This document shows, one piece after another, positions 10,585 to 23,400 of a DNA stretch of 64,000 bases (the first letter of the stretch is position 1; every line of letters starts with the position of its first letter). Source of the stretch: Selaginella moellendorffii (Eukaryota; Plantae; Lycopodiophyta); contig NW_003314298.1 of the NCBI RefSeq assembly GCF_000143415.4, positions 496,001-560,000 of the forward strand, given 5' to 3'. Position numbers and translations under genes: made by a program. The notes beneath the pieces were generated by a model, which had not been told where the DNA came from, did no database searches, and saw nothing but the letters and a program-made list of their open reading frames with translations.

Positions 10585-12589
10585 TTAGAAATCGTCGTCC
10601 TCCTCCTCGGCGATGTGCTTGGCGAGCTCCTGCTCCTGCTGCTGCCGCTCGCGCCGCTTCTCGGCGCTCTCCAGCTCCTTCTTGTGCGCGTTGGGCGGGA
10701 AGCGCAGCGCCTTGACGGCATCGTTGTAGGTGTTGAGGCAGAAGGCGATGCGCGAGTGGAAGGCGAGCTGCGGCTCCTGCGTCGAGTAGATGTCGCCCGT
10801 CTCGCGCGACTGCATGAAGCCGCGCGCGTGGTCGATCACCGCGTCGATGCCGCCGTCGCGGATGGCCTTGGCCACCATGCTCTCGGCGTCGCTCACGGCG
10901 CTGTCGGACGAGAGGTGGAGCTTGGCGGCCACGTCCGCCAGCGAGATGCGCGAGTAGGAGATGCTGATGTTGCGCAGCCCCGTCCGGATCACGTTGTGGC
11001 GCAGCCGGACGATGAGGTTGTGCGTCTTGTCTCGCGAGAAGATTGGCGAGAAGTTGTCCGCCACGGATTTAAACAGCTCCAGGTCTCCAATGCGAACAGC
11101 CTGCCAAACACAAGCACTCTAATCAGTCGAAGAACAATGCAAAGAAGAAACTTTGCACAACCAATCTGCCAAACAAGCGCGAAGAACACAATCCAAGTTT
11201 TTACGTACGTTTGTTAGCTCGAAGTAAGGGCGGAGCGCGGCCTTCATACCCCGTTGCATGAACGTTGTCCTCTCCGGAATCTCGCCCAGGAGAAGCCTCA
11301 CGATCACCGCCCACTTGTTGCACTGTATCCGGAAGTCGTGAGCGATTGTCGGTGCCTTTCTCGCGGCCTGCATCAGCGAGTCTTTGGCATCTGTGTACTC
11401 GAGCTGAATAGTTCTGATCTTCCCCAGGTAAAAGAGGTAGCGGCAAAGCTGAGGAAACGGTTTGGATGTTAGGCAAGGGCAGAAAATTTATTCTAGTCGA
11501 TGAACCAGACCTGCTGATTCGCGTGCGACTCCGCTCTTTGCGACTTTGAGCGGAGCTTCTCTGCTTGATCGTACAGATTGTAGTGAAGGTAGTTCCGTAA
11601 CAGCAGGTTTAGTAGAGTTTCCTGTCAGGAGAGCTGTTGAGCAGTCACGAACAAGTCACAAACAACACTTACCTGTCCCAGCTCGTCGTGGCGAAGTGTA
11701 GCAGTCTGATGCAGAGAAAGAAGTGTCCTGGAAACCATCTGATTAGAAGCCAGTATATGCTGAACGCATGGAATACCCCCGAATATCAGCCAGTGAATCG
11801 ATGCATTCGTAGCTGAGTGAGTAGTAGAAATACAGTCTCGAGGCCAACACATCCAGAGTCCTCCGGTTTAGCTGCTGCAATCTCTTGATGCCGGCATCTG
11901 CACAAGCTTTCGCCTATGGAACAAGATTAGAAATCCTGCTGGCTGGAAGGAAAAAGAGATTCGTTCACCTGTTTATACTGTTTCTGATCGTGCAAGTAGA
12001 TGAGAACAAGGAGGTAGCATAGGATTTCCAGCTCCGGGAGTACGTTCGGCTTATTGGAAACTTGCGACGGCATATCAACTTCCATCGACACCTTGTCCTC
12101 CTCCTGCTGCAAATAGAACAAAGGTCTCAGAGAACGCAAGGAAAGTTCTTGGAGCTAAGAAGAAAAAAGAAGAAGAAACACCAGACCAGAAGAGAAACAC
12201 ATGCCAGCATACCTTCTTCACAAACTGGAGCACTGAGTCCGCATCGGTGGACATGACATACTTGACAAACGCGGCAAGAGACCCTGGCTTGAGCTTCCGC
12301 TTTATGACCATCACATTCCGAACAGCACGAACCATGAGCCTCATCTCTTTCGTGCTCACGCCCTTCTCCACCAGGGCCGCAATGCTCTTCAGATCTACAC
12401 GAGAGCTCGAGAGATTGGTCTCTAGGGCTAGGAAGAAAGAGGAAATGCACGAATCTTACGCGAGAGAAGCGACGGCCCGGCCTGGTCCTTGCGATCCGGC
12501 GACGACACCGCCGGCGCCGCCTCCTTCATCTCCACATCCTTGCTCTTGGGCGCCGCGGGCTCGGCCTGCTGCTCTGGAAGCGCTCCCAT
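10585..12589 (-). CDS. RPN3: 26S proteasome non-ATPase regulatory subunit 3 (RPN3/PSMD3), multi-exon
   Basis: Motifs [51 protein letters not shown] (PCI domain) and the C-terminal [14 protein letters not shown]. Confidence 0.97.
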
Positions 12590-12647
12590 TCGATTACCCT
12601 AGATAAAAGTTTTTAGGGTTCTTCTGGCATTTTAGGGTTCTTGAGCT
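12590..12647. promoter_or_regulatory. 58-bp divergent intergenic spacer with telo-box-like motifs
   Basis: Two tttagggtt and one accctag lie between the opposing start codons at 12589 and 12648. Confidence 0.65.
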
Positions 12648-13190
12648 ATGAACAAGTTCAATGCCGCGCAGCGCAATCTCCAGCGCGATAGGCGCCACAA
12701 GAAGGCTCAGGAGAAGCGATTGAGGCTGGGCCTGCAGTCGCTCAAGCTGTCCAGGCAATCGGCGTCGCGCACCCCATCGGGCAAGCGGCAGCGCAAGTTA
12801 GACAAGAAGCTGCGCCGGGTATTCTTGTGAGGGCTTTCAGGGATTTCGCTGAGCTACTACTGAATTGCAGGCGCAGAAGGAAGTTTTGGAGAGCGGGCTC
12901 GTGTCGGTGCAAGACATTGAGATGATCTGTGCAGGTTTCTCTCCAGCTTCAGTGATATTTCTTTCTTCTCTGATCCTCTTCTTCCTAGATTCGGCTCCTG
13001 ACGCGCCAGCGGCCTCCTCCAAGGGATTTTCTCTCAAGCTGAAGAAGCAAAGGAAGCTCAAATTGAAGAAGAACAAGCCTGGTAAGCAAGCTCTCTCGAT
13101 TTCTCGTGTTCTTCATCCTCTACATTCATCCCTGTGGCAGCCAAAGCGAGCATCGATGCTGAATCCACGCCACAAGCGATGATCCAGTAG
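12648..13190 (+). CDS. Small basic protein (K/R-rich, probably nuclear/nucleolar), 4 exons
   Basis: MNKFNAAQR...SGKRQRKLDKKLRR|AQKEVLESGLVSVQDIEMICA|DSAP...KKNKP|AKAS...MIQ* with GT-AG introns. Resembles a conserved uncharacterised plant family (SGKRKRKL..KWRREQKE..EKGLV..EDVEM), from memory. Confidence 0.8.
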
Positions 13191-13286
13191 ATCCCTTGTA
13201 GCGATGTTTGTGATGAATAGAGAAGGAAATCTTTTTCTTGTAGCGTCTCTTTGTCCAGGGTTTAGGGTTCTTAGTTTGTGGAATAA

Positions 13287-14378
13287 ATGGAGCCGTGGGA
13301 GCGCCATGCCGCTGGCGCTGGAATCAAACGCTTCTCATACGCTGCTATGGCGGATAATCCCCGCGCTGGATTCCTCGTCACTTGCGCATTTCGTAAGTGA
13401 TTGATCGATTCTTTGCTTCAGATGTAGAGATTTTTTTCAGGACGCGAGAAGAGTGCTACCAAGGAGATAATGGACATTCTTCCTCAGGTATGAGCTTTCC
13501 ATTGTAGAAGAGAAAACTAACAAAGCTTTGCTTTGTGCTGTTCTTCTTTTAGTACATTGGAACTTCCAGCAGCATTCCTGGAGACGAGACCCCGGTGAGA
13601 GCTGTTCTTTCTCTTGATCTGGAGTTTTTACATGAATTGTAAGTGTAGAAGGATAACGAGGACAAGAGCACTGCTTCTCCGAGCGGCGTTTTCTCGCTTA
13701 TCAAGCTCTCCGGTAGCGGCATTGTCTTCCTTTCGACTCCAGATGATACAGATGTTGTGAGCGTTCTATCACGAGTTCTAGACGACATAAGAGCTCCACA
13801 CACGAAGCCTTTCTCGTAAGTTTTCGCTTTCTCTCTGACCTCTAGGATTTATTTCCTCTTTTGAAGGTGGTGTAACAGGCTCACTCCAGTGCAGGCGACG
13901 TGCGCATCAGAGGAGGAAGCCATCTTCGTCACAGTTCTGGGGCTCTTGAGAGACGACGCCGGAGGAATCGTCTCAAAGACCGGAAGAAGCAATCTCAAGG
14001 TAATGACCATTAGAGAGTTTGCTCTCTCGTCACTTAGCTTTGTGCAGTACGCGGTGGGATTCAACAGTAGAGCTGCCGAAGATGGCAACACTGGCGTGGA
14101 GCGAGACGGGTGCATCGCAGCAGTGGCAAGAGCCATGCAAGAATTCGAGCAGCAGGCCTCTGTCAACTTGTCGAATCCAGAGGTAAGATCTCTCAATCTT
14201 TGGAGGAATCTTAATAGTTTCTTCATCGTAGATCGTGGTGGCCGTGGAGCTGATTCCTCTGGTTGGAAAGACTACTCCTCTGGCTGGAATTTCTTTGCTG
14301 CCCAAGGAAGTTGTAAATGCGAAGCCTCGGATTTCCATCAAGCCCTTGACATCTTTCAAGAAACAAAAGCTTTGTTAG
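13287..14378 (+). CDS. THUMP-domain RNA-binding protein, multi-exon
   Basis: MEPWERH...GFLVTCAF|RREKSATKE...WCNRLTPVQATC...YAVGFNSR...VNLSNPE|IVVAVELIP...KPRISIKPL, typical of plant THUMP-domain proteins. Confidence 0.85.
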
Positions 14379-14430
14379 AGTAATACAAACATACGATTTT
14401 AAAGCACGAACCCTAATATAAGCTAGGGTG

Positions 14431-16183
14431 ATGGCGGCTTCTTCAAAGCCAACGCTGGTTCAGCTTGCGATTTGGAAAGGAAGATGAATGCTTATCAAGG
14501 AGTCTTTGGCATACCAGAGTGGAGGATTGGAATTTCCCATGGCTGTATGTTACTAAGAGACCAGGGCTGGATGAGTTCTTGGCTGCTATGGTAGAAATTT
14601 ACACCATAGTAATCTACACGAGGTCAATGACTTTCCATGCACGATGGATCGTGGATGAAGTGATTGATCCACATGGTAAGTTTATATCAAGATTGTATAG
14701 CAGACGCTTTTGTCAGGACGTAAAGGACTTGACCCGCTTGAAAAGAAACGCAAGGAGGATGGTATGGATAGATGATCAACCTGTGTACCCTCGACAGCCG
14801 GAACTTGGCATTCAGGTGCCCATGTATATGCCGCAAAAGTCAGTGGATAAGATTGGAAGGAGTGCGAAAACGATCGCACGCTTGTGGAATTGATCCCGTT
14901 CCTGACTGCGCTCGCCAAGCTAGATGATTTCTCCATGGGAATTGCAGCCTACAAGCAAGGGAAGTTTGATGGCGAGAAATTTAACTTGGACGAGGTGATT
15001 TTGGGGGATGATGCCGTGGAGGATGTTTTTGAAGATGATGATAAAGCAGTAGAAGAGAAAGAAGAGAGGGTGAAAGCCGAGGAAGAGAGGCTGAAAGCCC
15101 AGCAGGAGCGCGAGAAGCTCGAGGCGGAGGACAAGCTCTTGACACCCGACTCATCAGGACCACTTTGGCGGTACATAGTCAACTTTATCCCTGAGGACAA
15201 GCTGAGTCGATCAAAGAAGCTGGCAGCCCACGAGTACATTAGCAAGAAATTCAAGAGCGACGACTATAAGTGTCTGATTGCACTGTTAGCCAGGAAAAAG
15301 CATCTCATAGATGACTTGAATTGCCTCGGGAATCTTTCTGTCAACTCCAAGGCCGGGTACTATGATGCCCTAGTGCAAGTGTTTCACGGCCTCGAAGGTC
15401 CATGGGACCTTGAATTCATCCTGCCAGTTCTGAGAAAGGTGACGTGCAATTACTTCTACTACGGCAAGGGCATGCAGGTTACATGCTTCAACAGCGAGAA
15501 GCTTTGGGACTTATGCAAGACCACCATACCTATGCTTGACACACTGCAAGAAATCCGCTTTGACGAAATAATTCCCATGGTTGCGACTCTGAATTTCCTG
15601 AGGGATGAGAACCTCTTGGGCATTACAGTACCTGACTGGTTTCAGCCATGTAGCAGCTGGATGTGGTGGCCTCACTTCGTGACCATTGACTTTGAGAGGT
15701 AAAATTCTTTTTGCTACTTTTGTGTTGTTAACTTTTGTGCTTGACAGGAGCTTGCTAAAAGGAGAACTTGGCCAGAAACTCGCTACGAGCGACACAAAAG
15801 GCCTCTTGGGGAAGCTATCGTCCGCCTCTTGCCGGATAGTTCCGGGTAAGGAGAGGGATTTGTGCTACAAGAAAGACGAGGGGTTACAAGCAGGGATGGA
15901 TTTCTTCGCAACACCATTTGAGGAATCAAAGAACAAGTTTCTGGTGTGTGACAAAAATCTGGTTCTGTTTAGGCTACAGTTTGTGGATGGGCAAGTTGTA
16001 AACTGCGGGCTCTGGCTGATGACGGACTTCAATTCGGAGCAAAATGCTCGAGAGATGGCAGCTAAATTGTGTGCTGATCTGGGCTTGAAGGTTAACCTGG
16101 GGTTAGATTATAAACACAACGTGGAAAAGATGAAAACGAGCATGGAAGAGATCACATTGTTGGTTCTTCAGCAAAGAACATGA
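14431..16183 (+). pseudogene. FCP1/SCP (NIF) phosphatase-like domain fused to an unknown C-terminal region; frameshifted
   Basis: Motifs KPTLV, VTKRPGLDEFL, IYT, IDP, VKDL, WIDD and DRTLVELIPFL. Frame changes near 14462 and 14865. No DxDxT motif. Intron 15699-15747. Confidence 0.65.
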
Positions 16184-19114
16184 TGCCATTGTAAATCTTC
16201 AAGCTCCTGTTACTGTGACGTTTTGCCAGTGAAACAGAAAAAGAAGAAACGTTTTCTTTCGAAGATTGTATAGTTTTTGAAAGCTAGGAAGAGTCAATCT
16301 AAAACCTCCCAATGAATGATATCAAAGCTTGAGAAGTTTCTCCTCTGGAGCTCTAGCCAAAGTTAAGGTACTTCCTTGGGACGAACAAGTTCGCTGCTGC
16401 AAAACAAAACTAAACCCAGGCCGAGATTCCCTGGGAGAACACCACTTCCCGCTGAAAGTTCCAACGCAAGACAGCAGTTCCCTTGGCCATTGTTTTTTTC
16501 CCACGACAGCTTCAAGCCCGCTGCGAAGACCAGATTGGCCTGCACCCTGTTCAGGTTCCAGGACCAGCTGAAGAAAAGGATTTGACCATCTCGGAATCCT
16601 TGTTTCATCACAGATCTAGCGCTCGTAGAGGTAAAACCATCTCCAACTTATGCTCGTGATAAAGTGTTCGAGAAACCAGGAACAAACTCACAGAGTGAAG
16701 CGAGCTGTGCACAAAGCCGCCACACCTCGGCATCTTCAGCATCTCTTGAGCGCGTGCTAGCCTTTGTTTCAAACTTGATGGTGACTGGGACAGCCCAAGC
16801 TCGCTAATCATCAAGAAGTCTAAAACAAAATCTACCATTTCAGGTGAACGTTTAATATGACTTGCATAGTCCATTCCCTAGCTCCAGCATGGCAATTCTG
16901 GTAATTAATTTAATTACATTAAAATAAAATTTAGAAAATTGAATAAAAAATATAGGATAAAATACAATAATTGCTACTTGTAGCAACACTTGGTTTGGTC
17001 CTTTTTTTTAAAACATCATTTACTATAATATATGCATGGATATTTCTTGGAGGGATATTTTCTAGTGGACAAGACTGATCACCACATACCAAGATCAGGG
17101 AATCCGATTGTTGTGAAAGCTTTCTCCTATATATATACTTCTAACTCTTCCCTCATTAAGTAGTTTATGTAGTTATTTTTGTTAAATCTAATATGTATAT
17201 GCAAGTATGACTTTCAAGTTCTAACAAGAAAGTATATATACACTAATATGGAATAGAAAATATTCAGTAGAATCTCCTATGTTTATTCTGTTTGGGAAGT
17301 ATGGCAGTATGCCATTTTGCACATGTAAATGGCACATAATATATATATAAATTTCCAATTGTTAGATTGGAAAAGCATATTCTTAGGTTGAGATAAATCT
17401 GTTGGAGTTTCTGATGAGAACATTCCTTATTATAAAATACCACATTGGGTACCTATTCTTATTAAGACTTATTAATGCAAAAGAAAATTTCTTAATTTCC
17501 TAATTTCCAAATGTATAATAGGAATAGTGGGTAAGTCGGGCATGGCAAATCAACTTGAAGCATGCTCCCACTTGTGTGTCTACCTTTGTTTTGCAATCAA
17601 TTTATATCCAAGACCAAATTCCATACTATGTTAGCTGATGAAGTATTTATATCTTTTTATTAGACCACCAGTATTCTAAAATAACACTAAAATTTATTAA
17701 TTCCATTCTGCATATTAGTCTTAATGTGGGGTTGTTAGTTACTCTAGAATTGTTCCTATATCACTTCATGCTCTTATCTTTTCACTCTTTGGGCTAAATC
17801 TTGGGAGCTATTTTATATGTCAATTGTTTTATTCCTTGGTTGTATGGTTGGGAGTTTTGTTCTGTCCTTTTGTTTAGTGGCTAAAATTTGAGTTTCACTT
17901 TATTATTCTTGAACATGTGGCCCAAGAGTTTGGATTCCACCTTGTGATTATTCTATGGTAACTTACCATATGATAAAGGGTGAAAATCACGTGCACTCCC
18001 CCTCTTGTTAAGAAAATTTCTTGACAAGTCAAAATATTTCCTAATGGCTTAATTTTTTTCTATCAATAGTATGGAAAATTCTCTTGTCAGCAAAATAAAC
18101 CCTAATATAATTGCCTGACATACACTAGTTTTCCCATTGGAAGCACTTATAAGGACTTATTAATAGGTCTAATTGTCACGGTGGATGTTCAATATGTATA
18201 ATTTCAATTTTAGGGGTGGAAATATACCTTACTCAAGGGTATATTATATTTTATATAGCCATTAATCTATGTACAATTTCAATTTTAAGAGTATGAATAT
18301 ACTTTGCTAAAGAGTATATTACATAAAGATGCTATTAATAATTTTGGAACTTGAGTAGAGTATTATTTAAGGATTATCACAAATCTATCTTCTAAGTAAT
18401 ATGGGTTATAAGTATTAATCTACAAATAATGATCTCTTGAGCAATATGGGTTACAAGTATTATGAAATAAGGAAGGGATGTGTTCAAGATTTACTCACAC
18501 TTACTAGTTAGTGTGTCTTTTTCATGATCTATATTAACTTCTCTAGCATTTGTTGTTGCAGGTCAATAAATATCTAAACCCAAAGACAAATATAAGCTAG
18601 ATTTACTCTTGAAAAAGATATTTATTTAGCATTTATTGTTATAGGTTAATGTAGGTTCTTGAATTTGAATTTTTTGGGAGGTCATCTAACCCAATATAAC
18701 TTAAATATAAAGATAATTACTTAAGTATTCTAGAGCCTTTAACTATTCAAAAAAATAGGTGCAGTTTTTTCATAACCCTTTCCCTCTATATTTAAACCCA
18801 TATGTATTGTCTCTTAAGTCAATTACTTAAAATAAAAGCATTCAATTCAATGCAAGGACTAAGAAATTTATATAAGTCAATACCAATCAAGTTTGATAAA
18901 TTATTATGAACCTGATATCATTTAAAATCATGATCTCTACCCCAATTATATCAACCACTACTTACATTTTTATTTAACTTTTAGAGAATATAAATCAATT
19001 AGAAATTTATATAAAATACTTACCTAACTTCTAGTTAAGATGGATTAAAATTTTATTTATTTTGTTTAAGATAATCTAATAAGTTAAATAAAGATAATAC
19101 TCACAAATTCATTC

Positions 19115-19288
19115 TGTGAGGGCCAAGTGTACGGCTACGATGCCGTATACTAATATTAGCATAGTGGATTTTGGTAGCCGTCGGATTGGTTTCAATCCAG
19201 ACCACTCGCTCCTGTATATAAGCTAGGGTTTTTGGGTTAATGGATATGCACATTTCTGTATTCCCTTTCCATATTCCATGCACTCACA
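19115..19288 (+). repeat. 5' LTR (174 bp)
   Basis: tgtgagggcc...cactcaca; 4 mismatches to the 3' LTR; contains tatataag. Confidence 0.96.
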
Positions 19289-19289
19289 T

Positions 19290-19307
19290 TGGTGGAGTTG
19301 AGGGGCA
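19290..19307 (+). other. Primer-binding site, probably tRNA-Ala
   Basis: TGGTGGAGTTGAGGGGCA one base after the LTR. TGGTGGAG is complementary to the CUCCACCA end of tRNA-Ala. Confidence 0.7.
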
Positions 19308-19520
19308 CCTTTGATTGTCCCTGGGGAGTGCTTGGATTTGGGATTTCGGTTTAGATCTAGCTTTTGCATTGTCTAGATCTAGCTTTTTCCATTTCCTTTC
19401 TTTTGTTCTTTCCTTTCAGGATTTTGGTTTAGATCTAGCTTTTTGCATTGTCTAGATCTACCATTTCTTTCCAGCTTTTGTCATTTCTCTTCTTTTGCTC
19501 TTTCTTTCTCATTCATTTTC

Positions 19521-20453
19521 ATGGCCGATCCGCAATCTCCTCCTTTGACTCTGGAGCAGCAGTTGGTTCAATTGCTTGATGCTATGCGCTTGCAATTGAA
19601 CAACCAAACTCAGTTGATGGCGGCGTTCACGGCACATGGTAAAACTCCTCTTGCTTTTGGTGCCAATCCTCGCATTCGGCCGGAGTTCTTTCGTGGGAAT
19701 CCTGGGGATGATGTGTACCATTGGTTCGATCACTTCACGGTGATTGCCACATATCATTCTTGGGATGATGCTCGACGTTTGCGTGAGTTCCCCACATGTC
19801 TTCAAGGGACGGCATTGCAGTGGTACAATGGATTGAGCGCAGCTACTCGTGGCGATTGGAGTGTTCTTCCGGACGTCTTCAAACGCGCCTTCGGACACAC
19901 CGACGATTGTGATGATGCCTTCCAACAATTGCATCGTCTTCGCCAAGGGCCATCTGAGTCGGTGATGTAATTTGGCGTTCGTTTTCGAAGTCTTTTGCTT
20001 CGTGCGGAGCCAAATATGTCGGAGCGGATCAAGCTAGGAATGCTGTGGCCAGCACTTCGTCAAGATCTTGTCGGACTTGTGCATGCACTTGCTCCTGCCA
20101 CGCTTGACGATGCTCTTCGCTTGGCACAACGTTATGAGACGTCGCCTCTTCCACTTCTTGCTACACGTCCTTCAGCTCCACTTCCTATAAGTGATGGTCC
20201 TGTTCCCATGGAGGTTGATGCTGCTGCTACTCGAGTCCAAGGACAAGGGCGAGGATGTGGTCGTGGCCGTGACATTCGTTGCTGGGCGTGTGATGAAGTT
20301 GGTCATACTTATCGGCGTTGTCGGCGCTTTCCGGATTGGCGACCTCCATTTCCTGGGTGGAGACCTTGACGTCAACAACGTCCCGTTGGTGCTGCTGCGG
20401 TGGAAGGTTTGGATACCGAGGTGCATTTGGGAAACGAGGAGTCGCGCAGGTAA
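19521..20453 (+). pseudogene. gag: gag, with two premature stops
   Basis: MADPQSPP...LQGTALQWY...LRQGPSESV, PVPMEVD, CWACDEVGHTYRRC. In-frame stops at 19968 and 20367. Inferred natural end HLGNEESRR* at 20453. Confidence 0.88.
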
Positions 20454-23400
20454 TGGAGGGACCTTGCGCGAATAAGTTAGTGACCCCTCCATCTTTCTTT
20501 CGGGAGTATCATCAAGGGGTTCACTCAGCACCGGTTCATCCAGTGTTTACTTTCCAAGCTCGTTTTTATAACAAGAGGTCTCCTATTCTTCTCTCCGTGT
20601 TGGTTGATACAGGTTCGAGTTTATCTTCTATTGCTCAACCTGTTGCCACACGTTGTCGTCTACACTTGCGTCGTGCGGCGGATCCAGTTTTCATTCTTTA
20701 TGGCAACGGCCGTACACATGCATGTGCACGAGATGAGGTGGACCTGGTTGTGCGTGTGGGCGATCTCGAGCTTGAGTTGCAGTCGTTGCGGGTGGTGCCG
20801 AGTCAAGCTTTTGACCTCATTCTTGGTATGGATTGGTTGCAGCACAATCATGCCAAGTGTGACTTTGAGGCTTTTCCCCCTTGTCTCATACTTCCTTATG
20901 TTTCATCCATTCCTCTCACTTCCATACCTCTTCGTCCCTCTACTTCTACCTCTGCTTCCATTACTTTTGTTCCCCCATTATTTCCTCTTGTGTTTCCATC
21001 TTATTCTGCTCTTCCCTTTTCCGATCCCTCCGATGATCTTTGTGTTGCAGCTGTTGACCAGCTCATGAAGGAGTATTCTGATCTCTTTGAATTTGACCTA
21101 TCGTCTGGGGCCAAGATTGCCACACGTCATCCCATTCCAACCGGGGATGCTCGTCCAATCAAGGTTCCTGCTCGTCGTCGGTCACCCAAGGAGATCAAGA
21201 TTTTACGTGCAAACATCAAGGAGATGTTGGAGAAGGGTGTTATTCGGAAGTCACGGAGTCCTTGGGCATGTGAACCTCATCTTGTGACGAAGCCTGATGG
21301 GAGTATTCATTTCTGCATCGACTATCGTCCGTTAAATGAAGTGACGATCCCGGACATGTACCCTCTTCCTCACACTGCTGATCTCTTGGATCATCTGGGG
21401 CGAAGTCGTTGGTTCACCAAGCTAGATCTTGCTTCTGGGTATTGGCAAGTACCGATGGCTGAAGACGATATTCCTAAGACTGCTTTTCGTACACCATTTG
21501 GTTTGTACGAGTTTTTGGTGATGCCATTTGGTTTGAACAATGCTCCAGCAACTTTTCAGCAGATGATGGACGAGGTTCTTTGCGATATGCTGGAGGTGAC
21601 GGCTGACTTCATTGATGATGTCTTGATCCACTCGGAGGGGACGTGGGAGGAGCATGTTCGTGATGTTTGTAAAGTGTTGGATCGGTTACGCGACGTTGGT
21701 TTAAAGCTGAAGCGGTCGAAGTGCGTGTTTGGGTCCAAGGACACAACTTATCTTGGGTACCGTATTTCTCGTGAGGGTTTGCAAGTTGATCCTGACAAAC
21801 TTGTGGCTGTTCTGAAGTTCCCTACTCCGAAGTGTGTGAATGATGTGCAGCGTTTTTTGGGTAAGGTGCAGTATCTCGGTTGTTTTGTGGATCATCTTTC
21901 TGATCGCACTTTACCATTGCGAGCGTTGCTGAAGTCATCAACGTCATCTTTCATCTGGTCTCCCGATTGTGAGCGAGCGTTCATGAATCTCAAAGAGCTA
22001 TTGACGACTCCTTTGGTTTTGGCATATCCTGACTACACTCGACCTTTTATTTTGCGCGTGGATGCTTCTGACATTGGTCTTGGAGGTGTGTTGATGCAAG
22101 AGAGCTCGAGTGTGCTTGGTCAGCACCATCCCATTGCATACATAAGCCGTACATTACAACCAGCGGAGATGAACTACTTCACGACGGAGAAGGAGTGTTT
22201 AGCAGCAGTCTGGGGTTTCGAGAAACTTCATGCCTATCTACATGGTTCTCGGACGTTACTTGAAGGTGACCATGCTGTTGTTACTTCATTATTGAAGCGG
22301 AAGAACCTGGTTGGTCGTACGGCTCGATGGGCTTTGAAGCTTCAGATATATAATTTCGATGTTGTTCATCGCCCAGGGAGTTCTATGGCTGATGCTGACG
22401 CCCTTTCTCGAGCTCCTCTTCCTTCTCCACTCACTTCTCATGTTTCTGACGAACCTGTTGTTCCAGCATCTGTGGATTTTCTAGATGAGGATTCTGTGCC
22501 GTCGGCGGTTGCTGTCCTTGACGTTCAGTGTCCACAGGGCGTAGAGCAAGATCTACCTTCTCTGGATGAGGTTCGCGAGGCTCAAAAGATTGAGCCGTGG
22601 ATTCGAAGGCTTCGAGATGGGTTTGAGAATCCTGCATCACTTGCTGATGACTTGCCTTTTTAGCATTTACATTCTCAATATCGCCTTGAAGATGGCCTTC
22701 TTTATTTTGTGGGGACGGATCCTGATGCTCATTTACGGCTGGTGGTGCCTTCGGTGTTTATTCCGCGGTTTCTCCATGCCTACCATGATTCTCCTATTCT
22801 AGGTGGGCATATGGGACACCGTCGTGTCACCGAGAAGCTGCGCAGATCTTTCTATTGGCCATAGATGCGACGTGATATTATCCGGTATGTGCGTAGCTGC
22901 GTTTGGTGCCAAGCTCGTAATACTCCCCCTTGTGCTGCGGAAGGACGGTTGGAGTCAATTGCAGTTTCTCGTCCGTTTGAGTTGGTGGTATTTGATCTTA
23001 TGGGACCTTTTCCGCGATCGACTGCTGGCAATGAGTATGTTATTATTGCTTCTAACTACTTGACTCGTTGGGTGGAAGTTGGTGCTCTTGCTAGTGCCTC
23101 TACAACTGCTGTTGGATACTTCCTCCTCAATCGAGTGGTGTTCCAGCATTCTTGTCCAGAACGGATTCTTTCGGATAATGGTCCTGCATTTATGGCTGAG
23201 GTATTTCATGTTTTGACATCTCGGTTGGGGATACGCCACACTTTTACGAGTGCTTATCATCCATAATCAGACGGTCTGGTGGAACGGCTCGTTCGGACAT
23301 TCAAAGGGATGATTGTGAAGTATGTGAACTTTCAACATTCGGATTGGGATGGTTATTTGCCGTCTCTTCGGTATGCTTATGTCACAGGGGTGCAGAGTTC

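Noticed and set aside
10615-11217. 200-aa plus-strand ORF
   Set aside because: Antisense shadow of the GC3-rich RPN3 exon.
16322-16874. Minus-strand ORFs starting MDYASHIKR
   Set aside because: Could be a gene fragment, but no recognisable motif or consistent exon model.
17000-19110. Splice-acceptor-like sites in AT-rich DNA flanking the LTR element (also 24130-25400)
   Set aside because: Possibly a decayed gene or TE, but no translatable homology could be recovered.
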